From Octopus vulgaris (lineage: Eukaryota), in the NCBI GenBank assembly GCA_951406725.2, contig OX597840.1:31682001-31746000 (forward strand): 64,000 bases of DNA, written 5' to 3'. The notes beneath the pieces are model-generated. The model saw nothing but the letters and a program-made list of their open reading frames with translations, was not told the DNA's origin and did not search any database. The translations under genes were made by a program, and so were the position numbers. This document shows, one piece after another, positions 39,159-52,312 of this stretch; positions within the stretch are counted from its first letter, which is position 1; every line of letters begins with the position of its first letter.

Positions 39159-39465
39159 GTATGTATGTATGTATGTATGTATGTATGTATGTATGTATGT
39201 ATGTATGTATGTATGTATGTATGTATGTATGTATGTATGTATGTATGTATGTATGTATGTATGTATGTATGTATGTGTGTATGTATGTATGTATGTATGT
39301 ATGTATGTATGTGTGTGTGTGTATGTATACATGTATGTATATATGTATGTAGGTATCAATGTATGTATGTATGTGTGTATGTATCTATGTATGTATGTAT
39401 GTATGTATGTATGTATGTATGTATGTATATATGTGTGTATGTATGTATGTATGTATGTATATATG

Positions 39466-39498
<33 letters not shown>

Positions 39499-40085
39499 GT
39501 GTGTGTATGTATGTATGTATGTGTGTGTGTGTGTATGTATACATGTATGTATATATGTATGTAGGTATGAATGCATGTATGTATGTATGTGTGTATGTGT
39601 GTATGTATGTATGTTTGTATATATGTATGTAAGTATGTATGTGTGTGTGTATGTATGTATGTATGTATGTTTGTGGGTATGTATGTATGTATGTATGTAT
39701 GTATGTATGTATGTATGTGTGTATGTATGTATGTATGTATGTATGTGTGTATGTATGTATGTATGTATGTATGTATATATGTATATATGTATGTATGTAT
39801 GTGTGTGTATGTATATATGTATGTATGTATGTGTGTATGTATGTATGTATGTATGTGTGTATGTATGTATGTATGTATGTATGTATGTATGTGTGTATGT
39901 ATGTATGTATATATGTATGTATGTATGTGTGTATGTATTATGTGTGTATATATGTATGTATGTGTGTGTGTGTATGTATACAAGTATGTAAATATGTATG
40001 TAGGTATGAATGTATGTATATATATGTGTGTATGCATATATACATATATATATATATATACACACACACGCACTCATATATACAC
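39159..40085. repeat. (TATG)n microsatellite
   Basis: Directly visible. Confidence 0.95.
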
Positions 40086-40311
40086 ACATACCAGAGTACG
40101 CACATAAATGCGAAACAAAGTGGAAAAATAGTACTCGAATACCGGAGGCAGAGTAATATGCTTTATTAAAAAGCAGCAAAAATATCTCAAAAACTGTTAC
40201 TCATAATTCAGTATCATGGCACCTTAGGTAAGTGCCTTCTATTATAGCCTCGGACCAACCAAAGCCTAGTGAATGGATTTGGTAGACGGAAACTGAAAGA
40301 AGCCTGTCGTA

Positions 40312-40361
<50 letters not shown>

Positions 40362-40470
40362 CGTGACCGACCAGGCTATAAGATGTTGCTACACATCGCT
40401 AGTCACAATGCGCTTCGCATTGTTTTAGCCTTCAAATGACGCCACCCCGCTGGCTAAGCGAACAGGCTTG

Positions 40471-40548
<78 letters not shown>

Positions 40549-40552
<4 letters not shown>

Positions 40553-40967
40553 CATAGGAGTGGCTGTGTGGTAAGTAGCTTGTTTACCAACCACATGGTT
40601 CCGAGTTCAGTCCCACTGCGTGGCACCTTGGGCAAGTGTCTTCTACTATAGCCTCGGGCCGACCAAAGCCTTGTGAGTAGATTTGGTAGACGGAAACTGA
40701 AAGAAGCCCGTCGTATATATGTATATATATATATGTGTGTGCGTGTGTGTTTGTGTGTCTGTGTTTGTCCCCCTAGCATTGCTTGACAACCGATGCTGGC
40801 GTGTTTACGTCCCCGTCACTTAGCGGTTCGGCAAAAAGAGACCGATAGAATAAGTACTGGGCTTACAAAAAAGAATAAGTCCCGGGGTCGAGTTGCTCGA
40901 TTAAAGGCGGTGCTCCAGCATGGCCGCAGTCAAAATGACTGAAACAAGTAAAAGAGAGCAAAAGAGT
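40549..40967 (+). mobile_element. SINE-C full copy
   Basis: Family consensus. Confidence 0.92.
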
Positions 40968-41035
40968 ATATATATATCCTTAAATCCTTAATAATGTTTT
41001 AGCACGAAGGCCGCGGCCATGCTGGGGCATCACCG

Positions 41036-41070
<35 letters not shown>

Positions 41071-41417
41071 CACAGGAATGACTGTGTGGTAGGTAGCTTG
41101 CTCTTAAGCTAATGCACGGCAGTATCACTGATATTTTGTCGAATTTCGGTTTACTCATTAACATTGCTGTTAAATTCGTTAGTTTCGTCTCTTGTTAATT
41201 AGGATTAACATATATTGAAACTAGAAACAGCTTAAGTGTGGTGTACCATTTGATACTATCGAGATTATATAATATATTATATATTTCTTTATTTATATAA
41301 AAAAATATAAATATAAATTAATAATTGTAAATTAAGCAAGGTACTTACCACACAGCCACCCCTACGCCTATTATAATATATTATAATTATTAATTTATAT
41401 TTATAAATTTTTATATA

Positions 41418-41841
41418 TAGGCGCAGGAGTGGCTGTGTGGTAAGTAGCTTGCTAACCAACCACATGGTTCCGGGTTCAGTCCCACTGCGTGACATCTTGG
41501 GCAAGTGTCTTCTGCTATAGCCCCGGGCCGACCAATGCCTTGTGAGTGGATTTGGTAGACGGAAACTGAAAGAAGCCTGTCGTATATATGTATATATATA
41601 TATGTGTGTGTGTATATGTTTGTGTGTCTGTGTTTGTCCCCCTAGCATTGCTTGACAACCGATGCTGGTGTGTTTACGTCCCCGTCACGTAGCGGTTCGG
41701 CAAAAAGAGACCGATAGAATAAGTACTGGGCTTACAAAAAAGAATAAGTCCCGGGGTCGAGTTGCTCGATTAAAGGCGGTGCTCCAGCATGGCCGCAGTC
41801 AAATGACTGAAACAAGTAAAAGAGTAAAAGAGTAAAGAGTA
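41418..41841 (+). mobile_element. SINE-C full copy
   Basis: Family consensus. Confidence 0.92.
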
Positions 41842-42143
41842 TATATATTTTTACTTTTATTATTTATTTATTTAATAAATAAAAAAATTAAATTAAAATT
41901 AAAAAATATATATATATATATATGGCCGCGGCCTTCGGGCTAAAACATTTTTAAGGATTTAAGGATATATAAATTTATAAATATAAATTAATAATTCTAA
42001 ATTTTTAACTTTAAATTTGAATAATTTAAATTTTGAATTTTATATTTTATTTTTTGTATATTATATTAATGAATTTTATTTCTGTTTTGGTTTATGTTTT
42101 TCACTGTTTGATTTGCCTAATAGTGGTTTTATCTCTAATTTAA

Positions 42144-42189
<46 letters not shown>

Positions 42190-42255
42190 GGAGTAAATCC
42201 ATTATATTTATATTATCATATTTAATATTATATTTAAAAGTGGTTTTATCTCTAA

Positions 42256-42319
<64 letters not shown>

Positions 42320-42689
42320 GGGTTAAACAACAAGTTGCCGCGCCACATACAAAAAATTTAGAAATAGCAGCCAAAGACACCACAATCTCAACCCTTAATT
42401 ATATTTAATTATATATAAAAAAAACTTTTTGTAAAAGTTTCTACCGATAATGGTTCTCTTTCCATACCGAAACTACTTGGTAAAATTTATTCAAATCTCT
42501 CTCTCTCTCTCTTTCCTGCTCAATTACTGTCTATATGCAAGTATGAATATTATGTACATACACACGCTGAGCAGCAAAAAAAAACGCGATCTTTTTAAAA
42601 GACATTTTTATATGGTAAATTCTGAAAATTTATTTCGGGTGTGCAAGTGTAAATATTCCAAGACATGCTGGTTACACAGCACCGATGGA

Positions 42690-43070
42690 TGGAAGCACTC
42701 CGTCGGTTACGACGACGAGGGTTCCGGTTGATCCGAATCAACGGAACATCCTGCTCGTGAAATTAACGTGTAAGTGGCTGAGCACTCCACAGACACGTGT
42801 ACCCTTAACGTACTTCTCGGGGATATTCAGCGTGACACAGAGACTGACAAGGCCGGCCCCTTGAAATACAGGTACAACAGAAACAGGAAGTAAGAGTGAG
42901 AGAAAGTTGTGGTGAAAGAGTACAGCAGGGATCACCACCATCCACTGCCGGAGCCTCGCGGAGCTTTTAGGTGTTTTCGCTCAATAAACACTCACAACGC
43001 CCGGTCTGGGAATCGAAACCACGATCCTACGACCGCGAGTCCGCTGCCCTAACCACTGGGCCATTGCGCT
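42690..43070 (-). mobile_element. SINE-A full copy
   Basis: Consensus match, with TSD ACAGCACCGATG at both ends. Confidence 0.92.
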
Positions 43071-43079
43071 TCCTACAGC

Positions 43080-43700
43080 ACCGATGTTGGCAGCATCAAT
43101 CATGGAGGTCGATAGTCTTCTCCGCCGTGTGTCGGTATTGCGTTTCTACCTCGGATTGCAGAGTGAGGGTGTAGTGTAGGAGGGGGGAACGTGACAGAGA
43201 TGCGTGTGTAATGGAGAGAGACGTGTGAGGTGGCTAAAGTATCATGGTGTGGAGTGTCATAAGCCTGAATCAGCGAATTGGGACCCATGGGTTCCAAAAT
43301 ACTGGTGAAGCCAGAGGGAATGGCATCACAGCGCAGCGCTACGTTGACCAGATCCTAAGACCTCACATCGTGCCCTTCTTCGCATGTCCCCATAGCTACG
43401 TGTTCCAGCAAGACAATGCTCTCTCCCACTCGGCCAGGGTCACCATGGACTTCCTGCCTCAGCACAACATCAGAACCATGCTATGGCCGGCTCTCTTTCC
43501 GGATTTGAACCCAATTGAACACCTTTGGTATGATATCCAGAGACGATCGAACCAGGTGGCTCCAAGTTAGACAACTCGTGTGGAGCTGGAAGCAGCTTTC
43601 CTCAGGGTGTGTGCACAGGTGCCAATGGCTTTTGTGAAATGTCTCATGCACTCCATGTACCAACGGTGAATGACCGTTTTGAACACCCCGGGAGGTATGG
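43080..43700 (+). pseudogene. Tc1-family DDE transposase remnant
   Basis: MVWS.IS...YVDQILRPHIVP..VFQQDNALSH..WPALFPDLNPIEHLW. Confidence 0.88.
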
Positions 43701-43807
43701 AAACCATTGTAGGATCTAACGAGTTTGATATTGTTCGAAATTGGATTTGTTTCAATAAATTGATGTCTGCATAATTTCTCCATTTTACTTTTCTTTTATA
43801 TCTCTCT

Positions 43808-44190
43808 CTTTTTACTCTTTTACTTGTTTCAGTCAGTTGACTGCGGCCATGCTGAAGCACCGCCTTTAATCGAGCAATTCGATCCCGGGACTTATTCTTT
43901 TGTAAGCCTTGTGAGTGGATTTGGTAGACGGAAACTGAAAGAAGCCTGTCGTATATATGTATATATATGTATATATGTGTATGTGTGTGTGTTTGTCCCC
44001 CTAGTATTGCTTGACAACAGATGCTGGTGTGTTTACGTCCTCGTCACTTAGCGGTTCGGCAAAAGAGACTGATAGAATAAGTACTGCGCTTACAAAGAAT
44101 AAGTCCCGGGGTCGATTTGCTCGACTAAAGGCGGTGCCCCAGCATGGCCGCAGTCAAATGACTGAAACAAGTAAACGAGTAAACGAGAGT
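43808..44190. mobile_element. Rearranged SINE-C: antisense tail joined to sense body and tail
   Basis: Segment 43808-43908 is the reverse complement of the tail at ~44090-44190. Confidence 0.8.
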
Positions 44191-44957
44191 AAACTTATTA
44201 TTCTAAGGAAATTAAATCCCACAAAATACTGGGTGTTGAACCAGCATTTCCTTGGATGAAACTATGCATTCATGAGGATAACACAATTCTAACCGAATAT
44301 AGAAAAAGAATCTAACCTTCTTTTCGTATTGTATCTCACGATCCTAATATAAAAGAAAAAATTAGAAAAATATAACGTAAACAACAGATCTGATAACGTG
44401 GTCCTAGCCACAATGCAGCAGGAAAAAATACTGTATGGAAACCACAGTAACACCTTTGATTGTAGATCTATTTAGTGAGAAGAACTATACCTTATTAAAT
44501 CTTCTGTTACCATATTTCTCTTGTCTTACAGTGATTCTGTGTAGAGTAATTTCGAAAACAATGATCAATTTAATAAAACGGACTATGTAACAAAATTTCT
44601 ACTATTTTTGTTTGTCTTTGATCAGTAAGTGTTACTTCTGATCTGCTTCTATCTAGACACCAAAGGAAATCCCTACAATTCCCTTCAAACTTTGCTTTTA
44701 TCACTTCGAAGTCAATGTTTTGAAACTCACCTATTTTCCAATCCATTTCTGACAGATTCACTACTCATTGCTGAAGCAGAAATATCGTTATAGCTAATAT
44801 TCTGCTCCATACCACAGATTCGCTTGTCAGTTGTTCGACCTTAACCACTCGAATATCTCCCTTGATGGCTGAAAATATGTGCATCTCTAATCATGAGGAG
44901 GAGTAGTTGGGTGAACATCATAGTCATGTATTGATAGGCACTTTTTGGGGGGTTGAA

Positions 44958-45164
44958 TACTCTTTACTCTTTTACTTGTTTCAGTCATTTGACTGCGGCC
45001 ATGCTGGAGCACCGCCTTTAGTCGAGCAAATCGACCCCGGGACTTATTCTTTGTAAGCCCAGTACTTATTCTATCGGTTTCTTTTGCCGAACCGCTAAGT
45101 GACGGGGACGTAAACACACCAGCATCGGTTGTCAAGCAATGCTAGAGGGACAAAGATAGACACA

Positions 45165-45203
<39 letters not shown>

Positions 45204-45612
45204 GAGGCGGCGAACTGGCAGAAACGTTAGCGTGCCGGGTGAAATGCGAAGCCGTATTTCGTCTGCCGTTACGTTCTGAGTTCAAATTCCGCCGAGGTCG
45301 ACTTTGCCTTTCATCCTTTCGGGGTCGATAAATTAAGTACCAGTTACGCACTGGGGTCGATGAAATCGACTAAATCCCTTTGTCTGTCCTTGTTTGTCCC
45401 CTCTGTGTTTAGCCCCTTGGTGGTAGTAAAGAAATACATATATATACATATATACGACGGGCTTCTTTCAGTTTCCGTCTACCAAATCCACTCACAAGGC
45501 ATTGGTCGGCCCGGGGCTATAGCAGAAGACACTTGCCCAAGATGCCACGCAGTGGGACTGAATCCGGAACCATGTGGCTGGTTAGCAAGTTACTTACCAC
45601 ACAGCCACTCCT
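44958..45612 (-). mobile_element. SINE-C with a SINE-M (+, 45204-45435) nested in its internal microsatellite
   Basis: Both consensus sequences are recognisable. Confidence 0.9.
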
Positions 45613-45751
45613 TTTGCACTAGGGGTTCAACAGAGCGCAGGGATATAGAATCGGGTTGTTATTTAGCTTCTTCCTTGAATCTATAATACGAAACGGATCG
45701 ATACGATCATCGTAATGGATATTTAATACTGTTTACTTCGATTAATATATT

Positions 45752-45973
45752 TAGGAAGGCGCGCTGAAAAGCTCCTGGTTTTAAGGATGTCACAAAAGGC
45801 ATGGTTGGAGGCCAAAACCTTCCAGTTCTTTTACAGGGCTTACAAAAACTGAAGGACGACTGCAATAAGTGTGTGAATCTGAGCTGGGAATATGTTGAAT
45901 ATAATCATGATAAACTGAACTTCGTGTATTTCCTTTTACCCAAATCCTGGAACTTTTCAGTACCCTTTTCATA
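45752..45973 (+). mobile_element. Mariner-derived MITE with both TIRs
   Basis: CTGAAAAGCTCCTGG / CCTGGAACTTTTCAG TIRs. It retains the transposase C-terminus GLQKLKDDCNKCVNLSWEYVE. Confidence 0.75.
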
Positions 45974-45979
45974 TATATA

Positions 45980-46194
45980 TACTCTTTACTCTTTACTCTT
46001 TTACTTGTTTCAGTCATTTGACTGCGGCCATGCTGGAGCACCGCCTTTAGTCGAGCAAATCGACCCCGGAACTTATTCTTTGTAAGCCCAGTATTTATTC
46101 TATCGGTCTCTTTTGCCGAACCGCTACGTGACGGGGACGTAAACACACCAGCATCGGTTGTCAAGCAATGCTAGAGGGACAAAGACAGACACAG

Positions 46195-46237
<43 letters not shown>

Positions 46238-46409
46238 CATATATACGACAGGCTTCTTTCAGTTTCCATCTACCAAATCTACTCACAAGGCTTTGGTTGG
46301 CCCGAGGCTATAGTAGAAGACACTTGCCCAAAGTGCCACGCAGTGGGACTGAACCCGGAACCATGTGGTTGGTTAGCAAGCTACTTACCACACAGCCACT
46401 CCTGCGCCT
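45980..46409 (-). mobile_element. SINE-C full copy
   Basis: Family consensus. Confidence 0.92.
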
Positions 46410-46657
46410 AATATATATATATATAGTTTTTTTTTAGAAAAACATAAATTCACAGAAGAAGTACACTCTAAGAAGTAGAGCAGTCTATATTAAGTACTGG
46501 TGAAAGCCGGTTTCTAGGATTACCCTGGGTTCCTCGCCATAAATGTACCCTTTATTGTGAGAAATCCACGGTATCCCTAAAACCCGGCCTCCACCAGTAA
46601 TTGATATACATAGATACATATATACACACATACATAGATACATACATACATACATAC

Positions 46658-46716
<59 letters not shown>

Positions 46717-46721
<5 letters not shown>

Positions 46722-47069
46722 CATATTTGCCATTTGAATATGGCTAACCCATAAGGGTGGATGCTACTGTAGTTTGTAGCCCCAGGAAGATATCTCCTCC
46801 AGCTGGCTATAGACACACTATCTGTGTCCTCTCAGTATCTGTGAAGGGGAGTCATCCTCCCCGTCTTCAACACATGATACACACGTACCCAAGTGCTTCA
46901 CAAATACTGAGAGGACACAGATAGTGTGTCTATAGCCAGCTGGAGGAGGTATCTTCCTGGGGCTACAAACTACAGTAGCATCCACCCTTATGGGTTAGCC
47001 ATATTCAAATGGCAAATATGCGTCACGATGTGTTACCGCTACTGTTTATAACTCGCTCTGAGATTCATC

Positions 47070-47072
<3 letters not shown>
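46717..47072. mobile_element. Inverted (head-to-head) copy of the H5 family in (TA)n
   Basis: 46717-46894 is antisense and 46897-47072 is sense to the 27433 unit. Confidence 0.85.
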
Positions 47073-47107
<35 letters not shown>

Positions 47108-47378
47108 TTAATTGTACTACACATGCATATATTCATTTATTCTATGCTTTTCCTTGTCTAAGTCCTTGGGTTGTCGTCTTGCTTGGGTGACGTCCTGAAG
47201 CGTTTAACGGTACAAACCGACGCTAGTACCTACTCTGTTAAGTTCCGAAATCAACGTTTCATATGTACATATATATAATGAAGCACCATAGTTGATTTGT
47301 CATCAGCGGGAGGTCAACGGAAGTCACTAGAATGCTAAGCGTCGTGATTTGCCACAAGCCGGAAGTCAGGATTCTGTA

Positions 47379-47598
47379 TACTCTTTTACTCTTCTACTCT
47401 TTTACTTGTTTCAGTCAGTTGACAGCGGCCATGCTGGAGCACCGCCTTTAATCGAGCAACTCGACCCCGGGACTTATTCTTTTGTAAGCCCAGTACTTAT
47501 TCTATCGGTCTCTTTTGCCGAACCGCTAACTAACAGGAACATAAACACACCAGCATCGGTTGTCAAGCAATGCTAGGGGGCCAAACACAGACACACAA

Positions 47599-47635
<37 letters not shown>

Positions 47636-47808
47636 CATATATACGACAGGCTTCTTTCAGTTTCCATCTACCAAATCCACTCACAAGGCTTTGGTCGGCC
47701 CGAGGCTATAGTAGAAGACACTTGCCCAAGATTCCACGCAGTGGGACTGAACCCTGAACCATGTGGTTAGTAAACAAGCTACTTACCACACAGCCACTCC
47801 TGCGCCTA
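47379..47808 (-). mobile_element. SINE-C full copy
   Basis: Family consensus. Confidence 0.92.
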
Positions 47809-48030
47809 TATTACATTTTTTAAAGAAATGGAGTTCTATGCATGAGTTGCTATAAACCGGAAGTCAACATTCCGGTACACATAAAACGGATTGGGGTTAG
47901 TGTCAGGCGTGATTTGCTATATACCGGAAGCCAACGTTCTGTGCGTAGACACACTGACAAAGAAGATGAAGTATTAGACGTGATTTGTCACGAGCGAGGA
48001 GTCAACATTCCCTGTGTAAATATAATAAAA

Positions 48031-48992
48031 CTAGCTGTATCGCCCGGGGTTGCTCGGGTTTGTTTCGACCCTTTAGAATTGGAATTTTTGAAAAATAAAA
48101 GTTTTGTATTATGTAGCTTGTTATTCTCTTTAAGTGAACATTCTTCTGGTTGAAATACACCGAAAAATGGCAACACAATAGTAAAAAAATCGTAAAAATA
48201 GGGATTTTCATAGCAAAAAAGCACCTTTTTGATGTAAATAATTTTTAGTGTTAACATGGTCCGATTTGAATTTTTTCTTCTACGGAATGAAGAGCAACCC
48301 TTCTTCTTTCATACTCTCAATTTTGGTCAACTTGTTGCGCCGCAGGGTCTCGGAGGAGATAGTGTTAGTTGAAGGCTACCAAACCTGCCATACACAGACA
48401 ACTTCAGCTTTATATAGAGAGAGATTTTTCTGGTTGAAAAACACCGAAAAATGGCGACTCAGCAGTCAAAATATTGTAAAAAATAGGGATTTTCATAGAA
48501 AAAAAGCACCTTGTTGATGTAAATAATTTTTGGTCTTAACATGCTCCGATTTGAATTTTATCTTCTACGGAACGAAGAGCAAGCCTTCTTCTATCATACT
48601 CTCAAATTTGGTGAACTTGCATCACAGGGTCTCGGAGGAGATAGTGTTAGTTGAAGGCTACCAACACCTGCCATACACAGACAACTTCAGCTTTATATAT
48701 AGAGAGAGATTTTTCTGGTTGAAAAACACCGAAAAATGGCGACTCAGCAGTCAAAATATTGTAAAAAATAGGGATTTTCATAGAAAAAAAGCACCTTGTT
48801 GATGTAAATAATTTTTGGTCTTAACATGCTCCGATTTGAATTTTATCTTCTACGGAACGAAGAGCAAGCCTTCTTCTATCATACTCTCAATTTTGGTGAA
48901 CTTGCACCACAGGGTCTCGGAGGAGATAGTGTTAGTTGAAGGCTACCAACACCTGCAATACACAGGCAACTTCAGCTTTATATATAGAGAGA
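48031..48992 (-). mobile_element. Non-autonomous Helitron with a tandemly triplicated 5' part (~286-bp unit)
   Basis: Minus strand starts A|TCTCTCTATATATAAAGCTG and ends CCCGAGCAACCCCGGG..CTAG|T. Confidence 0.82.
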
Positions 48993-49051
48993 TGAAGTGT
49001 TCAGCATTATTGCTGACGAGCCAAAGATCACTGTTCAATATTTTCACATAT

Positions 49052-49240
49052 AAGGCGAAGAGCTGGCAAAAGGCTTAGTGGCATTTCATCTGTCTTTACC
49101 CTTTAAGTTCAAATTCGACCGAGGTCGACTTTACTTTCCATCCTTTCGGGATCGATAAAATAAGTACCTGTTGAGTACAGAGATCAATGCTATCGACTTA
49201 ACCTCTTCCTGGCCTTGTGCCAAACTTTGAAACCAATACT
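49052..49240 (+). mobile_element. Diverged SINE-M
   Basis: GTCGACTTTACTTTCCATCCTTTCGGGATCGATAAAATAAGTACC. Confidence 0.75.
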
Positions 49241-49279
49241 TGCGTATATCAAGAACAAAAGAAGAAAACACATCGTGAA

Positions 49280-51050
49280 ATATATTTGCCATTTAAATAT
49301 GGCTAACCCCTAAGGGTGGATGCTACTGTAGTTTGTAGCCCCAGGAGGACACTTCCTCCAGCTTGCTTTAGACACACTTTCTGTGTAGCAAACTACAGCC
49401 AGCTGGAGGAGGTGTCTTCCTGGGGCTACAAACTACAGTAGCATCCACTCTTAGGGGTTAGCCATATTTAAATGGCAAATATACTTCTCGATGTGTTGCA
49501 GCTACTGTTTATAACTCTACGATACTGGAAAAGGGATAAGTATTTTCAGAGGGAACCTACTTTTCATCGACAACTGTGATTGTCACACGCCGATGACGGG
49601 TCAATAACCAGAAACTCGAATCCGTGTGTATCATAAGTCCCTTTTGCAAATACTGATAGGGCACAGAAAGTGTGTCTAAAGCCAGCTGGAGGAGGTGTCC
49701 TCCTGGGGCTACAAACTACAGTAGCATCCACCCTTAGGGGGTTAGCCATATTTAAATGGCAAATATACTTGTCGATGTGTTGCAGCTACTGTTTATAACT
49801 CGCTCTATCCGTGTGTATCATAAGTTGAAAACGGGAAGGATGGCTTCCTTTGCAAATACTGATAGGTCACAGAAAGTGTGTCTAAAGCCAGCTGGAGGTG
49901 GTGTCCTCCTGGGGCTACAAGCTACAGTAGCATCCACCCTTAGGGGTTAGCCATATTTAAATGGCAAATATACTTCTCGATGTGTTGCAGCTACTGTTTA
50001 TAACTCGCTCTATCCGTGTGTATCATAAGTTGAAAACGGGAAGGATGGCTTCCCTTTGCAAATACTGATAGGTCACAGAAAGTGTGTCTAAAGCCAGCTG
50101 GAGGAGGTGTCCTCCTGGGGCTACAAACTACAGTAGCATCCACCCTTAGGGGGTTAGCCATATTTAAATGGCAAATATACTTGTCGATGTGTTGCAGCTA
50201 CTGTTTATAACTCGCTCTATCCGTGTGTATCATAAGTTGAAAACGGGAAGGATGGCTTCCCTTTGCAAATACTGATAGGTCACAGAAAGTGTGTCTAAAG
50301 CCAGCTGGAGGTGGTGTCCTCCTGGGGCTACAAGCTACAGTAGCATCCACCCTTAGGGGTTAGCCATATTTAAATGGCAAATATACTTGTCGATGTGTTG
50401 CAGCTACTGTTTATAACTCGCTCTATCCGTGTGTATCATAAGTTGAAAACGGGAAGGATGGCTTCCCTTTGCAAATACTGATAGGTCACAGAAAGTGTGT
50501 CTAAAGCCAGCTGGAGGTGGTGTCCTCCTGGGGCTACAAACTACAGTAGCATCCACCCTTAGGGGTTAGCCATATTTAAATGGCAAATATACTTCTCGAT
50601 GTGTTGCAGCTACTGTTTATAACTCGCTCTATCCGTGTGTATCATAAGTTGAAAACGGGAAGGATGGCTTCCCTTTGCAAATACTGATAGGTCACAGAAA
50701 GTGTGTCTAAAGCCAGCTGGAGGTGGTGTCCTCCTGGGGCTACAAACTACAGTAGCATCCACCCTTAGGGGTTAGCCATATTTAAATGGCAAATATACTT
50801 GTCGATGTGTTGCAGCTACTGTTTATAACTCGCTCTATCCGTGTGTATCATAAGTTGAAAACGGGAAGGATGGCTTCCCTTTGCAAATACTGATAGGTCA
50901 CAGAAAGTGTGTCTAAAGCCAGCTGGAGGTGGTGTCCTCCTGGGGCTACAAACTACAATAGCATCCACCCTTAGGGGGTTAGCCATATTTAAATGGCAAA
51001 TATACGTCACGATGTGTTGCAGCTACTGTTTATAACTCGCTCTGAGATTT
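49280..51050 (+). repeat. H5-family derived array: short inverted piece, one variant hammerhead (49584-49628), then six 205-207-bp tandem units
   Basis: ATCCGTGTGTATCATAAG occurs at 49807, 50012, 50219, 50425, 50631 and 50837. Confidence 0.92.
49584..49628 (+). ncRNA. Hammerhead H5 variant (CCGAUGA core, imperfect stem III)
   Basis: CACACG-CCGAUGA-CGGGU CAAUA ACCA-GAAA-CUCGAA-UC-CGUGUG. Confidence 0.6.
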
Positions 51051-51466
51051 ATTAAAACAAGAAAAAAACCGAACGTAAACGCTAAATTGTAAAACTACTT
51101 ATGGGTCACCCTGTACATCTCGAGTTCAGCTACACTAGGATCATTGTACGCTGGTACTTTGCAGCTGCAGTTAATACTTTTTTTTTTTTATTAAAAGGAA
51201 AAAAAAAAGAAAGAAAAAGCACAAAAACATCTAAATACATTCTTGTGTGCGTCTAAAAAAGGCAATTTGCTCGGTGGGCAAAGCTTCACTAACCGTCAAG
51301 CACGCTGCAAACCACTACCCACCACCTACAGACATGTCTATATATACATACATTACATACGTTACACACACACACACACATACACACACATGCATATAAA
51401 CACTTATATATGTGTGTGTGTGTATATATATATATATATGCACACATACACACATATGTATAACCA

Positions 51467-51568
<102 letters not shown>

Positions 51569-51612
51569 TATATACATATATGTATATATATATATATATA
51601 TATGTGTGTGTC

Positions 51613-51667
<55 letters not shown>

Positions 51668-51702
51668 ATGTGTGTGTGTGTGTGTGTATGTGTGTTTGTG
51701 TG

Positions 51703-51741
<39 letters not shown>

Positions 51742-52312
51742 TACTGTTCCTTCTATCGTAATTTACAACGAACAGTGCTCCCACGAGATTATCGGTCGTT
51801 CACTGCCCTCATATCATACGATGTTCTTTTTCCCCTAGACCCCAACCCCACACAATTTTTACTCCGCCAACCTCGCCTCTTTTCAACACCTTTACGATTA
51901 TGACCGAGCGATGGAAGGTTGTGCGGCCGTTTCGACTTGCTAGAAATAGCAGCAAAATCGCCCTTCAATGTAACCCCCCCACCACTTTTTCGTCGCTGAG
52001 TAAAAAATGAACAGTAGTTATTATCGTGCTGGATTCCCTGTACGTGCGTAGAAAAACAGACGGGTTAGCAGTGCTGGAACACTCCCAGTTATACAGTTTC
52101 TCAGTCAGATTTGGTTAGCGTCCAAACATCAGGGTGGTTTCTCTGATCTGCTAGAAATACATGCCAAATTTCCTTCCAATAAAAATCCTTCCTCATCGTC
52201 TTTGAAAAGGAACCGTTAAAGATTTTTGTACCGAGTTCTGTGTCCGTATGTGGCAATATAGAGTGGACAGTCACAGTTTACACGCTCTTGAACATTGTGC
52301 TACTCAGTTAGT

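Noticed and set aside
49807-51044. CRISPR array, or a hammerhead in CTGATAGGTCACAGAAAGTGTGTC
   Set aside because: The units are identical with no spacers. The motif lacks GA at positions 8-9 and stem I, and the family consensus is a simple hairpin.
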